From contig JAJDCK010000014.1 in the NCBI GenBank assembly GCA_029260855.1, forward strand, positions 6,018 through 70,017: 64,000 nt of DNA. The letters are read 5' to 3'. Both the position numbers and the translations under genes were made by a program. This DNA is from Candidatus Saccharimonadota bacterium (GTDB taxonomy: Bacteria; Patescibacteriota; Saccharimonadia; Saccharimonadales; OFTM59). The notes below the pieces were generated by a model that saw nothing but the letters and a program-made list of their open reading frames with translations, was not told the origin of the DNA and did no database searches. Of this stretch, positions 9,070 to 17,364 are shown one piece after another. Position 1 is the first letter of the stretch. Each line of letters begins with the position of its first letter.

Positions 9070-9663
9070 TTATTGGACCCTGCCCAGTTTTGTCTTAATA
9101 CCATCGTGCCCAGAACACATTCCACGATAATCAGGCTTAGAAGGAGTGTCCTGATAACTGACTGAGCCGTCATTACAGATTGCCTTGAGCGGTAAATTAG
9201 AGCTTTCTTCAGCTACTGGTGCCGTGGTTTGACTAGGGCTACTTGAGTTTGTTGCTGCTTCTGCTGCTTTTCTTTGTGTTGCTGCCGCCGCTGCTGCTTC
9301 CTCTGCTATTTTTTTCTGAGCTTCTGTCTCTTGTGCTAATTTATCCGCAGCTTCCTTTTGTGCAATCTCTTCCGTCGCTTTTTTGGCTTCTAGCTCCTGC
9401 TGTTCTTTAGCTTGAGTGTCTTCTTGGCTTGTAAGGCTATTCTGCTGAGTGGTTTCTTCTGGCTGAGTCGTAGCTGCGCCAATCATAATGGGCAGCATAA
9501 TTAAAGCAATTACTGAGGTGAGTATAATCTTTACGTTTTTACTCCAGCTAGATTTTGCCCAAGCGTACCAAATTAAAAAATACGGAAAGAATAGAACTGT
9601 TACTAGCAGTCCCCAGCCGTGTTTGTACCATTCCTTTTTAGTGACCTGCATACTAATAGCCAT
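9070..9663 (-). CDS. Membrane-anchored protein with coiled stalk and C-terminal Cys/His motif (DUF3761-like)
   Basis: Two N-terminal TMs, E/K/A-rich helix, AICNDGSVSY...RGMCSGHDGI. Confidence 0.7.
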   Translation of the reverse strand: MAISMQVTKKEWYKHGWGLLVTVLFFPYFLIWYAWAKSSWSKNVKIILTSVIALIMLPIMIGAATTQPEETTQQNSLTSQEDTQAKEQQELEAKKATEEIAQKEAADKLAQETEAQKKIAEEAAAAAATQRKAAEAATNSSSPSQTTAPVAEESSNLPLKAICNDGSVSYQDTPSKPDYRGMCSGHDGIKTKLGRVQ

Positions 9664-9797
9664 ATTTTACTTGTTCTACTTGATTATAGTAAATATTTAG
9701 TTTTGGATTTTGAAGAAACGAGGCTATCTTTAGAGTCTTTGCTGGCATCAATTCTGTCTTTGATCGCCATATAAAGTCCAGCTTTTACAGAATTACA

Positions 9798-9990
9798 GGG
9801 TGAGACCCTGCCCCGAGACTCTGCCCCTTTGCAGATTACGTAATAGCACACTAAACCATAAATATAATATTTTGGGGTGAGACCCTGCCCCCTGCCCCTT
9901 TGCAGATTACGTAATAGCACACTAAACCATAAATATAATATTTTGGGGTGAGACCCTGCCCCCTTGGGGTGAGACCCTGCCCCCTGCCCC
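9798..9990 (+). repeat. Cluster of GGGTGAGACCCTGCCCC repeats including two tandem 71-bp units
   Basis: Motif copies near 9798, 9874, 9945 and 9966, plus a degenerate GAGACTCTGCCCC at 9815. Identical 71-bp units at 9821-9891 and 9892-9962. Further copies at 9013 and near 9050. Confidence 0.92.
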
Positions 9991-10495
9991 AGATACGCTT
10001 ATTGATGCAACAAGACAACGACAAGCTAAAAGGAACGGTTGAAGTAGATGAGACATTTATCGGTGGTAAGGCAAAAATGCACAACAAATATAAGAACAAA
10101 ACGGGCGTTTATGGCGTTACTGAAAGAGGCGGTCAAGCCAAGGCTCTAGTAGCTTACGGTGGAGTTAACGCCACTACCCGATTCCGTTCTTAAAAGCTAA
10201 CGTTAAGGAGGGTTCTAGGGTTATGAGTGACGAAAGTAAGATTTATAATCGGGTGAAGCGTGATTATACCCATGCTTTTGTGACTCATTCTAAGGAGCAA
10301 TACGTTAAAGGTGACATTCACACCAACTCAATTGAGGGGTTTTGGGGCAACATGAAAAATGCCATATCAGGCACTTATCATTGTGTTTCACCAAAGTATC
10401 TACAATCGTATGTAAACGAGTTTGTTTTTAGGTACAACTATAGAGCCGTGCCTATTTGCCCTTTGCTTTTGGAACGGGCTGTGAAGCTTTCTTGA
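9990..10495 (+). pseudogene. IS1595-family DDE transposase, 5'-truncated and frameshifted
   Basis: LKGTVEVDETFIGGK, then a frameshift near 10178 into IPFLKANVKEGSRVMSDE...HTNSIEGFWGNMK...YVNEFVFRYN. N-terminal Zn-ribbon/HTH region absent. Confidence 0.9.
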
Positions 10496-10515
10496 TTAGT
10501 CGTTTGAATAGTTTT

Positions 10516-11052
10516 TTACTCATCATTTCCTTCTATAGAATTTGCTTCTGTGTTAATTAGAATTTTTTGAAGGCCAACGTAAATGGTATTGATCTTCGTG
10601 AATAGTTCTTCTGTCTTGTCATTAATTATATCAATGTCTTTGCCCATTATCTCAAGACCCTTTGCGTCTGTGGTGGCAAAATTATGAAAGAGATTGTTAC
10701 GGCTCTTGGCGATGTCCGCTAGCAGATCCAACACACTATCTCTATCAGGAAAACTAAAGCTTTTGAGCATATCTATGATCGTATTCATTGTTGGTGGTCG
10801 TTTACCCCTGGTGTTTCTTAGATCAATAAAGACGATGCCTGCAAAATCTCTGTAAGTGGATTGGTAAACAAGGTGTCTTAGGTTTTCTAACAAGTTACCG
10901 GCAAGGTATTCGGCAAAACTAGAGTAAATCATTGCAGTCGCTAATCTGGTTTCAACCTCCTGCTTGTCACGAATAGACCTGGCATAGTTGATCAATTCAT
11001 TCTTAATCTCAAGATCATCATGTTCAAATGGTTTAAAGGTTTTCTTTGCCAT
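10516..11052 (-). CDS. Hypothetical helical protein with RNNLFH (HEPN-like RxxxxH) motif; IS passenger
   Basis: AT-rich ORF. SRNNLFH near the C-terminus. Start moved to ATG 11052, which has TACAAT 6 nt upstream. Confidence 0.6.
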   Translation of the reverse strand: MAKKTFKPFEHDDLEIKNELINYARSIRDKQEVETRLATAMIYSSFAEYLAGNLLENLRHLVYQSTYRDFAGIVFIDLRNTRGKRPPTMNTIIDMLKSFSFPDRDSVLDLLADIAKSRNNLFHNFATTDAKGLEIMGKDIDIINDKTEELFTKINTIYVGLQKILINTEANSIEGNDE

Positions 11053-11180
11053 ATCTATATTGTATAGCAAACCACCCTGTCGTAACCAATCAGTCATTAT
11101 TCTTTCCAATCAAAAAGAGAGCCGTAGCTCTCTGATTACAATTTAATATTGTTTACTTGCTGTAAGGGGATAGTCGCCTA

Positions 11181-11196
11181 GCTCCTGGGGCCGGAC
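11181..11196 (-). repeat. 16-bp direct repeat of the tRNA-Asn 3' end
   Basis: GCTCCTGGGGCCGGAC is identical to 11352-11367. Confidence 0.85.
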
Positions 11197-11309
11197 AGCG
11201 CTTTCCCGCTTCGCTCGTCGCTTCTCCGCTCAAACAGGCTCAGTGCAAGTACTTGCGTGTGTTGTCGCTACGACGACCTCCGGTTCGAGACTCTGATTCT
11301 CAGAATCCT

Positions 11310-11350
11310 AAAGTAAAAGCCCCAACCAGAGCGGCTAGGGCTTTTACTTT
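11310..11350 (-). terminator. Terminator hairpin directly after tRNA-Asn
   Basis: AAAGTAAAAGCCC...GGGCTTTTACTTT, a 13-bp perfect inverted repeat. Confidence 0.75.
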
Positions 11351-11424
11351 GGCTCCTGGGGCCGGACTCGAACCGGCAACCCTCTCGTTAACAGCGAGAT
11401 GCTCTACCATTGAGCTACCCAGGA
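11350..11424 (-). tRNA. tRNA-Asn(GTT)
   Basis: TCCTGGGTAGCTCAATGGTAGAGCATCTCGCT-GTT-AACGAGAGGGTTGCCGGTTCGAGTCCGGCCCCAGGAGCCA forms a full cloverleaf with encoded CCA. Confidence 0.97.
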
Positions 11425-11425
11425 T

Positions 11426-11555
11426 TATCGTCCGTACTTTCACCTTCGCCGGCGCTCTTTAACAGGGGAAATCACTAAAGCCTATTTCTTGGTGAGCGCT
11501 TGCAAACCGGGTCGGACTAAAAGTACTCGCTTCCTCGTTACGGAAAGAGACGACT
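11426..11555 (-). ncRNA. Candidate structured RNA co-transcribed upstream of tRNA-Asn (family unassigned)
   Basis: Nested stems GTCGTC/GACGAT, GTACTTT/AAAGTAC and GCGCTC/GAGCGC, plus a TTCC/GGAA side hairpin, between the promoter and the tRNA. Confidence 0.45.
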
Positions 11556-11560
11556 GACGA

Positions 11561-11589
11561 ATTATAACTAGGGAGAGTTAAACTGGCAA
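11561..11589 (-). promoter_or_regulatory. Sigma70 promoter for the structured RNA/tRNA-Asn
   Basis: TTGCCA (11589-11584), 17 bp, TATAAT (11566-11561). Confidence 0.75.
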
Positions 11590-11658
11590 CTATCTGTTCC
11601 CTTATCTGCGTTTACTTAAAAGGTCCTGATTCGTGGCTTTGACAGCTTTTTGGATGGT

Positions 11659-11847
11659 TCAAATGCCCTGAGCCATGTCGTCAACGGTTTGCTGGTCAGA
11701 TTTGTTTGCAAGTTCCTCACGAACACTACCCACCCCTTCTACGATTCGCACGATGTCATCTCGTATCTCTTCTTGGAGTACCTCAACTCTATGAACGTCT
11801 GTTTTGAGGCTGTGAACGTCCTGTTTAAGGTTCTGTAAATTTTCCAA
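11659..11847 (-). pseudogene. Short coiled-coil ORF, possibly decayed
   Basis: Heptad pattern. The frame stays open upstream to an ACG codon and continues for about 19 codons past the TGA at 11659. Confidence 0.35.
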
Positions 11848-11891
11848 AACTTGTTCTTCAAAAGATCTATTAGCCGTGCCGCAATTATATC

Positions 11892-11936
11892 CTATCTTAA
11901 TTGTACGGCGCGTTGAATGCTGCGCTGTTCGTCGCG
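11892..11936 (-). repeat. Displaced, diverged copy of the smpB 3' end
   Basis: Encodes RDEQRSIQRAVQLR* versus SmpB RDEQRGIAFAVKNR* (12533-12577): 9 of 14 identical, same register to the stop. Confidence 0.75.
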
Positions 11937-11998
11937 TATATTATGGTTGCAGTATGTGTTACTCCAGTGCATAATTAGGTTTATTCAAGGAGTATCAT

Positions 11999-12517
11999 AT
12001 GTCACTGAAAGAAGTACTGGGAGAAAAGCTCACTGCTATTGACAGGGACGCTAAGCAGAAAAAAGCCGTTGCCGAATATATTGTCAGTCTCATCCAGAGC
12101 GATGAACAGAACTTCCTGGAGGCCTACACACCCCCAGCAAGGCCGGGAGCAGATGTGTCTGCGCTTCTATATACGAGTGTAGAGCAAGATATTAGTGGTT
12201 TGATTGGCCATTTCACTAGACCGATAGGGGTATTGACTTCTCATAGAAGACTTAATGAGGAACCAAAATTACCCTCTGCGCGACTCGGTCTGACTGTCTT
12301 TATCCCGGCTCTTGCGGTGCCAGAAGATTTTCCTGAAGATAAGAAGTTCCCGCATTACCTAAGGCTGACGGACGCAGGTACGGAAGTTCTGGATCGTATC
12401 TTAGTATTACAGGGTCAGCCGGGGATTGCTGAACAACATAGACGGAATCGCGAAGAAATTGACCGTGCATTAAATATTGGTAACTCAGGACAAATATCAT
12501 CAGAGACCACAGCTTAA
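11999..12517 (+). CDS. Hypothetical protein
   Basis: 172-aa ORF with AAGGAG SD. No recognisable motif. Confidence 0.7.
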   Translation: MSLKEVLGEKLTAIDRDAKQKKAVAEYIVSLIQSDEQNFLEAYTPPARPGADVSALLYTSVEQDISGLIGHFTRPIGVLTSHRRLNEEPKLPSARLGLTVFIPALAVPEDFPEDKKFPHYLRLTDAGTEVLDRILVLQGQPGIAEQHRRNREEIDRALNIGNSGQISSETTA

Positions 12518-12532
12518 TACGTCCTCTATTGA

Positions 12533-12991
12533 TTATCTGTTCTTTACGGCAAATGCTATGCCGCGTTGTTCGTCGCGAGTTTTGAGAGTTTGGCGCTTGT
12601 CGTATTGCTTTTTGCCCCGCCCTGTTGCGATGCGTAGTTTTATATAGTGTCCGCGTGTAAGAAGCTCTAGCGGGATGAGCGTTAGCCCTTGCTGCTTTTT
12701 GGACATTAGCGTGTCAATCTCTTTGCGCTTGGCGAGCAACCGCCGGCTGCGGGTTTGGTCGGCCTCCGCAATCGGAATGCCCTTGTCGCCGTTGATGCTG
12801 GCGTTGACTAGCCAAAGCTGGTTGTCTTTGACGGTAACGTAAGCGCCGCGCAGCTGGCCGTGGCCGCGGCGTAATGACTTGGTCTCTGCGCCGGTCAGTT
12901 CTATTCCCACGACCAACTCATCACCCAATGCATATTCATGCCGGGCGCGACGATTGCTGATTGAGCCGCTTGGGCCTGTGCGCTTTTTCAT
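12533..12991 (-). CDS. smpB: SsrA-binding protein SmpB
   Basis: NRRARHEY, GIELTGAETKSLR, RSRRLLAKRKEI, GRGKKQYDKRQ. Confidence 0.97.
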   Translation of the reverse strand: MKKRTGPSGSISNRRARHEYALGDELVVGIELTGAETKSLRRGHGQLRGAYVTVKDNQLWLVNASINGDKGIPIAEADQTRSRRLLAKRKEIDTLMSKKQQGLTLIPLELLTRGHYIKLRIATGRGKKQYDKRQTLKTRDEQRGIAFAVKNR

Positions 12992-13066
12992 AACAGATTT
13001 ATTCTACCTTACTTAACCCCTTATGTATATAGACAAACATTGACTGATGTGATATAATAGCAGGAT

Positions 13067-14113
13067 ATGAGTGAAAGACTTTCTGTACGCCCTGTGATTC
13101 AGGATGACTATATCCGTGACTTGTGGGAACGTGATGGGCTGGCCCAAGAAGCTCATGCCCGGATCGCTGGCATGAGTTTGAGGGATATAGTTGATCGGAT
13201 GCCACCGGTACAATGGGATTGAGTAGACGGGAACGCTAGGTATGTTGATCTGTGGCCGACCGACCGAGAGACATGTGATTCTGCCCGGGTCGTCGTCGCT
13301 ACCCTTGATTACGGCAATCTTTGGCAGCCCCATATGGCTATTCGCTTTTTGCACCTACAAACAAGCATGCCTGAACCAACACGTTTTATTATATTTCCGA
13401 ACAACGGGCTTAAAGATACGGCCTATAGCTTAAGCAAGCAGGAGAGGGCTAAGATTACTGAAACTGGAGATTTCTCTCCGATTGCGGTTCAGGAAATGAG
13501 AACACTAGACTATCTGCGCGTTACAGATGTCCGTCGAGCTGACTTTTCTCATGGGGCTGCTGTGGGCGCTGCCATGCTGAGGATGGCTTCGAAAGGCCAC
13601 TATAACCTTGGTCCGTCTGTATTTACCGAAGCGCCGAATGCCATCGCCCGTACAAATAAAGAAATCAGCAAAGCCTTCACCGGTGACGGCGTGAAGCCAT
13701 TAAATAAAGCTATCAATGACTCTGCGATACCAGCTTTTTCTGAGGCTCAACGAGCACGAGGCGGTGCGGTTGACACCTTGCGACAACTTGGTAGATTCGC
13801 GAATTTTGGCCTAGCCGTCTATGGCCGCGCAGAAAACCGGGCTATTGGTAGCGGCTACAAACTTCCCTGTTTTATTGGAGATGTAGAAATTGCGCTTTTA
13901 AATAACCCTGAATTGAAGGTGCTCTTCGTTGCCGGGCTTAAGAGTAAAATCATGAATCAAGCGGCCCGGTTGCGGGTAGAGGAGCTGCACGAACGTTTCC
14001 CCACTCGGACAGATTGTTTAGGGGTTGCGGGCTACGGACATGAGGTCGGCAATAATGTGGCTGCGTATACCATAATTGCCAAGCTCGGTCTCAGCGGGAA
14101 CTACCACAGTTAA
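13067..14113 (+). pseudogene. Alpha/beta-hydrolase-like gene with one in-frame TGA (13220-13222)
   Basis: ATG 13067 follows TAGACA-17-TATAAT and is in frame with the 13334 ORF. DFSHGA (GxSxG-like) and GYGHEVG motifs. Confidence 0.6.
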
Positions 14114-15204
14114 TTAGCGACCTTAGATCTGGTTATCACAGCCCTGCCGGCTTCCCAGAGAGCAGGTTCGCCACGTTTTTCTTTCATGTAATACCACCAC
14201 TCCACTCCCCATAGGTCAATACGGCGGATGCCGGTAGCGACGGCGTAGTCTAAGCGGTCTTCTAGGCGTTCTGGATTCATGGATTTATACAACTCATCTG
14301 TCGAGGCTGTGTCCATAGTGAATCCATCTGGTAGCCATGATTCAGCCTGTAGCTCGTGGATGATCATATCGCTGCCGTGTAGTAGCTTGTTCCAGCCGGC
14401 CAGGTTGGCGTAAAACCAGGCCGGAAAAGGATACTCAACATATCGTTTGGTAATAGTGCGGTCCCAAACTCGTTTATATACTGATACAGCACTGACATCA
14501 GGGCGTGGTTCACCCACAGCCCAGCCAAGCGCGTTGTTGCTGCGACTGATGATTAGCGGTCTGGTATTGTCTAGGCTTTTGACCATATCGTATTCGGCTA
14601 TTAACCGTTCACGGCTGTAATCTGGGCAGATGCCAAAAGGTCTTAGGAAATACTCGTTCTCTAGCTGCCAGCTCTCTATGATGGGACTATTTTTATAACG
14701 CTCAACAGTTGCGCGGATGTAATCCATGAGTGGTTGCTCCCACTCGCTTTTTGGGAGAGGTCTTGCCCAGTCTGGCATGTGGCACTCTGGCCAACGCGGC
14801 TGGCGAAGTCCGATTGCAAGCGATACGCTAACACCCTCTCTTTTAGCTTTTTCAAGTTGCCAATCCAAAAAAGAAAAGTCATAGCTGCCACGCTCTTTTT
14901 CGCCCTCGGACCAATAGCTAACAAGGCGCATATGCTTGATGCCCAGGTCGTTTATGGTGGCGTCAAGAGTCTCTTCTGCGCTTAGGCCGAACGATTCTGC
15001 GTAGCCAGGAATAAATGTAGCACCAAAAACTAACGGCTTGTTTTGGTTTTTAAGGATATACCACTGCGCAATCCCGTACATACCACTGACAAAAAGCAAC
15101 ACAAAGACAGACAAACAGATTCCGGCCCTTTGCCATAGCCCGCGGCGCCAGTAGTGTTTTAGTCGTAAAATAGCCCTTGTTTGCTTTCTGTGCGAGTTTT
15201 TCAT
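14110..15204 (-). CDS. Membrane-anchored clan GH-A glycoside hydrolase (TIM barrel)
   Basis: N-terminal TM, RLVSYWS, YDFSFLDWQ, WQLENE acid/base, HELQAE nucleophile, DLWGVEWW. Confidence 0.8.
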   Translation of the reverse strand: MKNSHRKQTRAILRLKHYWRRGLWQRAGICLSVFVLLFVSGMYGIAQWYILKNQNKPLVFGATFIPGYAESFGLSAEETLDATINDLGIKHMRLVSYWSEGEKERGSYDFSFLDWQLEKAKREGVSVSLAIGLRQPRWPECHMPDWARPLPKSEWEQPLMDYIRATVERYKNSPIIESWQLENEYFLRPFGICPDYSRERLIAEYDMVKSLDNTRPLIISRSNNALGWAVGEPRPDVSAVSVYKRVWDRTITKRYVEYPFPAWFYANLAGWNKLLHGSDMIIHELQAESWLPDGFTMDTASTDELYKSMNPERLEDRLDYAVATGIRRIDLWGVEWWYYMKEKRGEPALWEAGRAVITRSKVAN

Positions 15205-15219
15205 CTATACTTGTTGCTA

Positions 15220-16029
15220 ATGCCCGAAAATAATACAAGCTTGAGCATAATCATACCAGCTTACAATGAACAGCACCATCTCAAGGCGTGTTTGGATGCT
15301 ATAGCTGTTCAAACCGATAGGCCCGATGAGGTGATTGTAGTTGATAATAATTCTAATGATGCTACAGCTGAGATAGCGAGATCTTACAAATTTGTTAGGC
15401 TGTTGCGCGAGTCGCGTCAGGGTGTGGTCTTTGCCCGGGACTGCGGGTTTAACGCCGCCAAGAGCAGCCTTTTGGGGCGGATAGATGCCGATACGGTCTT
15501 GCCGCCGGATTGGGTAGAGCGTGTTAAAGGTTTTTACGCGGATCAACAACACAGTACTTATGCGTTGACGGGTGGTTGCTTTTTCTATAATGTACGGTGT
15601 CCACGTCTAGCTAGGTGGTGGCAGGGCCAGATTGCGTTCCGTGCTAACAGGCTCCTTATGGGGCATTACATACTTTTTGGCTCAAATATGGCTATGCCAC
15701 AACACTTGTGGAAATCGGTTAAGGATAAAGTCTGTCACATACCAGATGTTCACGAAGACCTTGACTTGGCTATACATGTTCACGAATTTGGATACGAAAT
15801 AACCTACCTTGAAAACTTGCGTGTAGGAGTCAAAATGCGTCGTGTACGGTCTAATCAAGCTGAGCTTTGGAGCAATATGATGTGGTGGCCTAGAACCTTG
15901 CGCAAACACGGAAAAAGAACTTGGCCACTTGGCTTGCTCGGCGCTCTAATCCTGTATATCGGCGCTCCAGCAGTTATTGTTGCAGAACTCCTAGCCCGCC
16001 TAGTCGGTCGACCTCCCCTAGATGAATAA
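15220..16029 (+). CDS. Glycosyltransferase family 2
   Basis: SIIIPAYNE, IVVDNNSND, RIDAD, HEDLDL, C-terminal TM. Start at ATG 15220. Confidence 0.93.
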   Translation: MPENNTSLSIIIPAYNEQHHLKACLDAIAVQTDRPDEVIVVDNNSNDATAEIARSYKFVRLLRESRQGVVFARDCGFNAAKSSLLGRIDADTVLPPDWVERVKGFYADQQHSTYALTGGCFFYNVRCPRLARWWQGQIAFRANRLLMGHYILFGSNMAMPQHLWKSVKDKVCHIPDVHEDLDLAIHVHEFGYEITYLENLRVGVKMRRVRSNQAELWSNMMWWPRTLRKHGKRTWPLGLLGALILYIGAPAVIVAELLARLVGRPPLDE

Positions 16030-17247
16030 TTATTCAGTGTCCATAAACATTCTTAAGAAGTTCATTAAAGGATTTGGCCTATTGCTGTTACGACGCATAG
16101 CCTCTGCGAATGCCGGGATGTCATCCATCTTACCGACTTCAATATCCACCCCACGTTGTTTGAGTAATGCCCGCATGAATTCTATGTGAATCTCCGGCAC
16201 CAGAATCAGGCCAATATCCTCAAGAGCAATACCTCCACGCACTACTACTTCTCCGGAAAGACCTTGCGGTATGAAGGTCTTATCGTTGATACTATTCCTC
16301 TTTTTACCAATACTTAAACCATCATCAAAGAATCTGCTGCTGTCATCCCAGACAGCATGTTGTTTAACAGCGTATGCTATCCCGAAACAATCTTTAACCA
16401 AAGACAATTTAAGCTTTTCTTCCAATGTTGTTGGTGTAGTAGCGTGGTAATCTCTGCGCGCTTCCAAATGCGGTAGAGCTGCCCTAAGGATTTTAATGAG
16501 TCCCCCGTATCCCTCTGGCTGGGTCATTGCTTTTCGGCCGAACTCAATCGCATTACTTAATTCTTCTTCAGTGACTTGTCCATAAAAGTAGCGCGTGATG
16601 GAGGATAGGCTGTGATTATAGAGAGTCGCACAGCTGACACCATCTTTGACTGAAGAGCTGGCATCATGAGCCCCGGAAAATATAGGAATCCCTTTTTCAA
16701 CAAGTTTATTAAACGGCAGTAAACCTTGCTCTAAGACGGACAATAAGCTGGCTGAAGTAGTGGCGTGAATTCCCCAAATTTTATTGCGAATAAAGGATTC
16801 GGCTAGCGCAGGATTCTGCCCGTATATGTTCAAAAGCACTATTCGCTCTTCCGAAGGGAGGGCTGCATTATCAATAAAAGGCTCATGGATACGAGACGGT
16901 TCTTTTAATAGCACAGATATGGTAGTAGTTTCATCCCATAACGTGTGATTTTTTACAGCGCTGGCAGTAGCAAGGGTTGTGACGTCTGAAATAAAAGCGC
17001 CTTGAGCTTCTGGCGTGGCACAATTATGCCAAGCAGGACTCTCAAATACATGATCAACAGCTCTCATCAGTCCTTTTTCTCGGGTCTCCATGTCATTCAT
17101 CAGGACTTCATCATCAATTGGGGAAAATGGACGCCTCCATGCTCGCTCATGCTCGTCCCCTAACCATTGAGCGGCATAGCAGGTTCGAACAAATTCCTGT
17201 GCTTCTCGGGTGCTAATAGCCGCCTGTTTCTCGCCAAACTCACTCAT
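16030..17247 (-). CDS. Hypothetical protein with possible ADP-ribosyltransferase-like fold
   Basis: GIHATTSASLLSVLEQGLLP...GVS...GEVVVRGGIALEDIGLILVP pattern. Fold call is tentative. Confidence 0.5.
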   Translation of the reverse strand: MSEFGEKQAAISTREAQEFVRTCYAAQWLGDEHERAWRRPFSPIDDEVLMNDMETREKGLMRAVDHVFESPAWHNCATPEAQGAFISDVTTLATASAVKNHTLWDETTTISVLLKEPSRIHEPFIDNAALPSEERIVLLNIYGQNPALAESFIRNKIWGIHATTSASLLSVLEQGLLPFNKLVEKGIPIFSGAHDASSSVKDGVSCATLYNHSLSSITRYFYGQVTEEELSNAIEFGRKAMTQPEGYGGLIKILRAALPHLEARRDYHATTPTTLEEKLKLSLVKDCFGIAYAVKQHAVWDDSSRFFDDGLSIGKKRNSINDKTFIPQGLSGEVVVRGGIALEDIGLILVPEIHIEFMRALLKQRGVDIEVGKMDDIPAFAEAMRRNSNRPNPLMNFLRMFMDTE

Positions 17248-17364
17248 TAACTATATTATACCACACAAATGACTATTTAACAAAGTTAATAAACTTAATG
17301 TGAAAGGTCCGTCCTTTCACATACTCGCCGAACTTACTTAATTTGACAAGATTGATAAGTAAGG

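Larger units (their letters stand above)
9990..11178 (+). mobile_element. Remnant IS1595-family element with passenger gene and probable right end
   Basis: Transposase remnant, AT-rich passenger ORF, and terminal GATAGTCGCC (reverse complement GGCGACTATC), resembling IS1595-family terminal inverted repeats. Confidence 0.55.

Noticed and set aside
9798..9990. CRISPR array
   Set aside because: The intervening sequences are identical or absent rather than unique spacers, they derive from the transposase end, and no cas genes are present in the window.
9684..10099. ORFs 9684-9920 and 9851-10099
   Set aside because: They are translations of the repeat cluster (GRGQGLTP) and are unlikely to be proteins.
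11350..11424. Intron in tRNA-Asn
   Set aside because: The gene is a contiguous 75-nt cloverleaf.
11426..12991. tmRNA near smpB
   Set aside because: No GGGG(C/A)TG 5' end, tRNA-Ala-like 3' end or tag reading frame was found.
11659..13222. TGA-to-Gly recoding (code 25), suggested by two in-frame TGAs
   Set aside because: TGA terminates intact genes (7273, 8289, atpG 27628), and long core genes contain no internal TGA.
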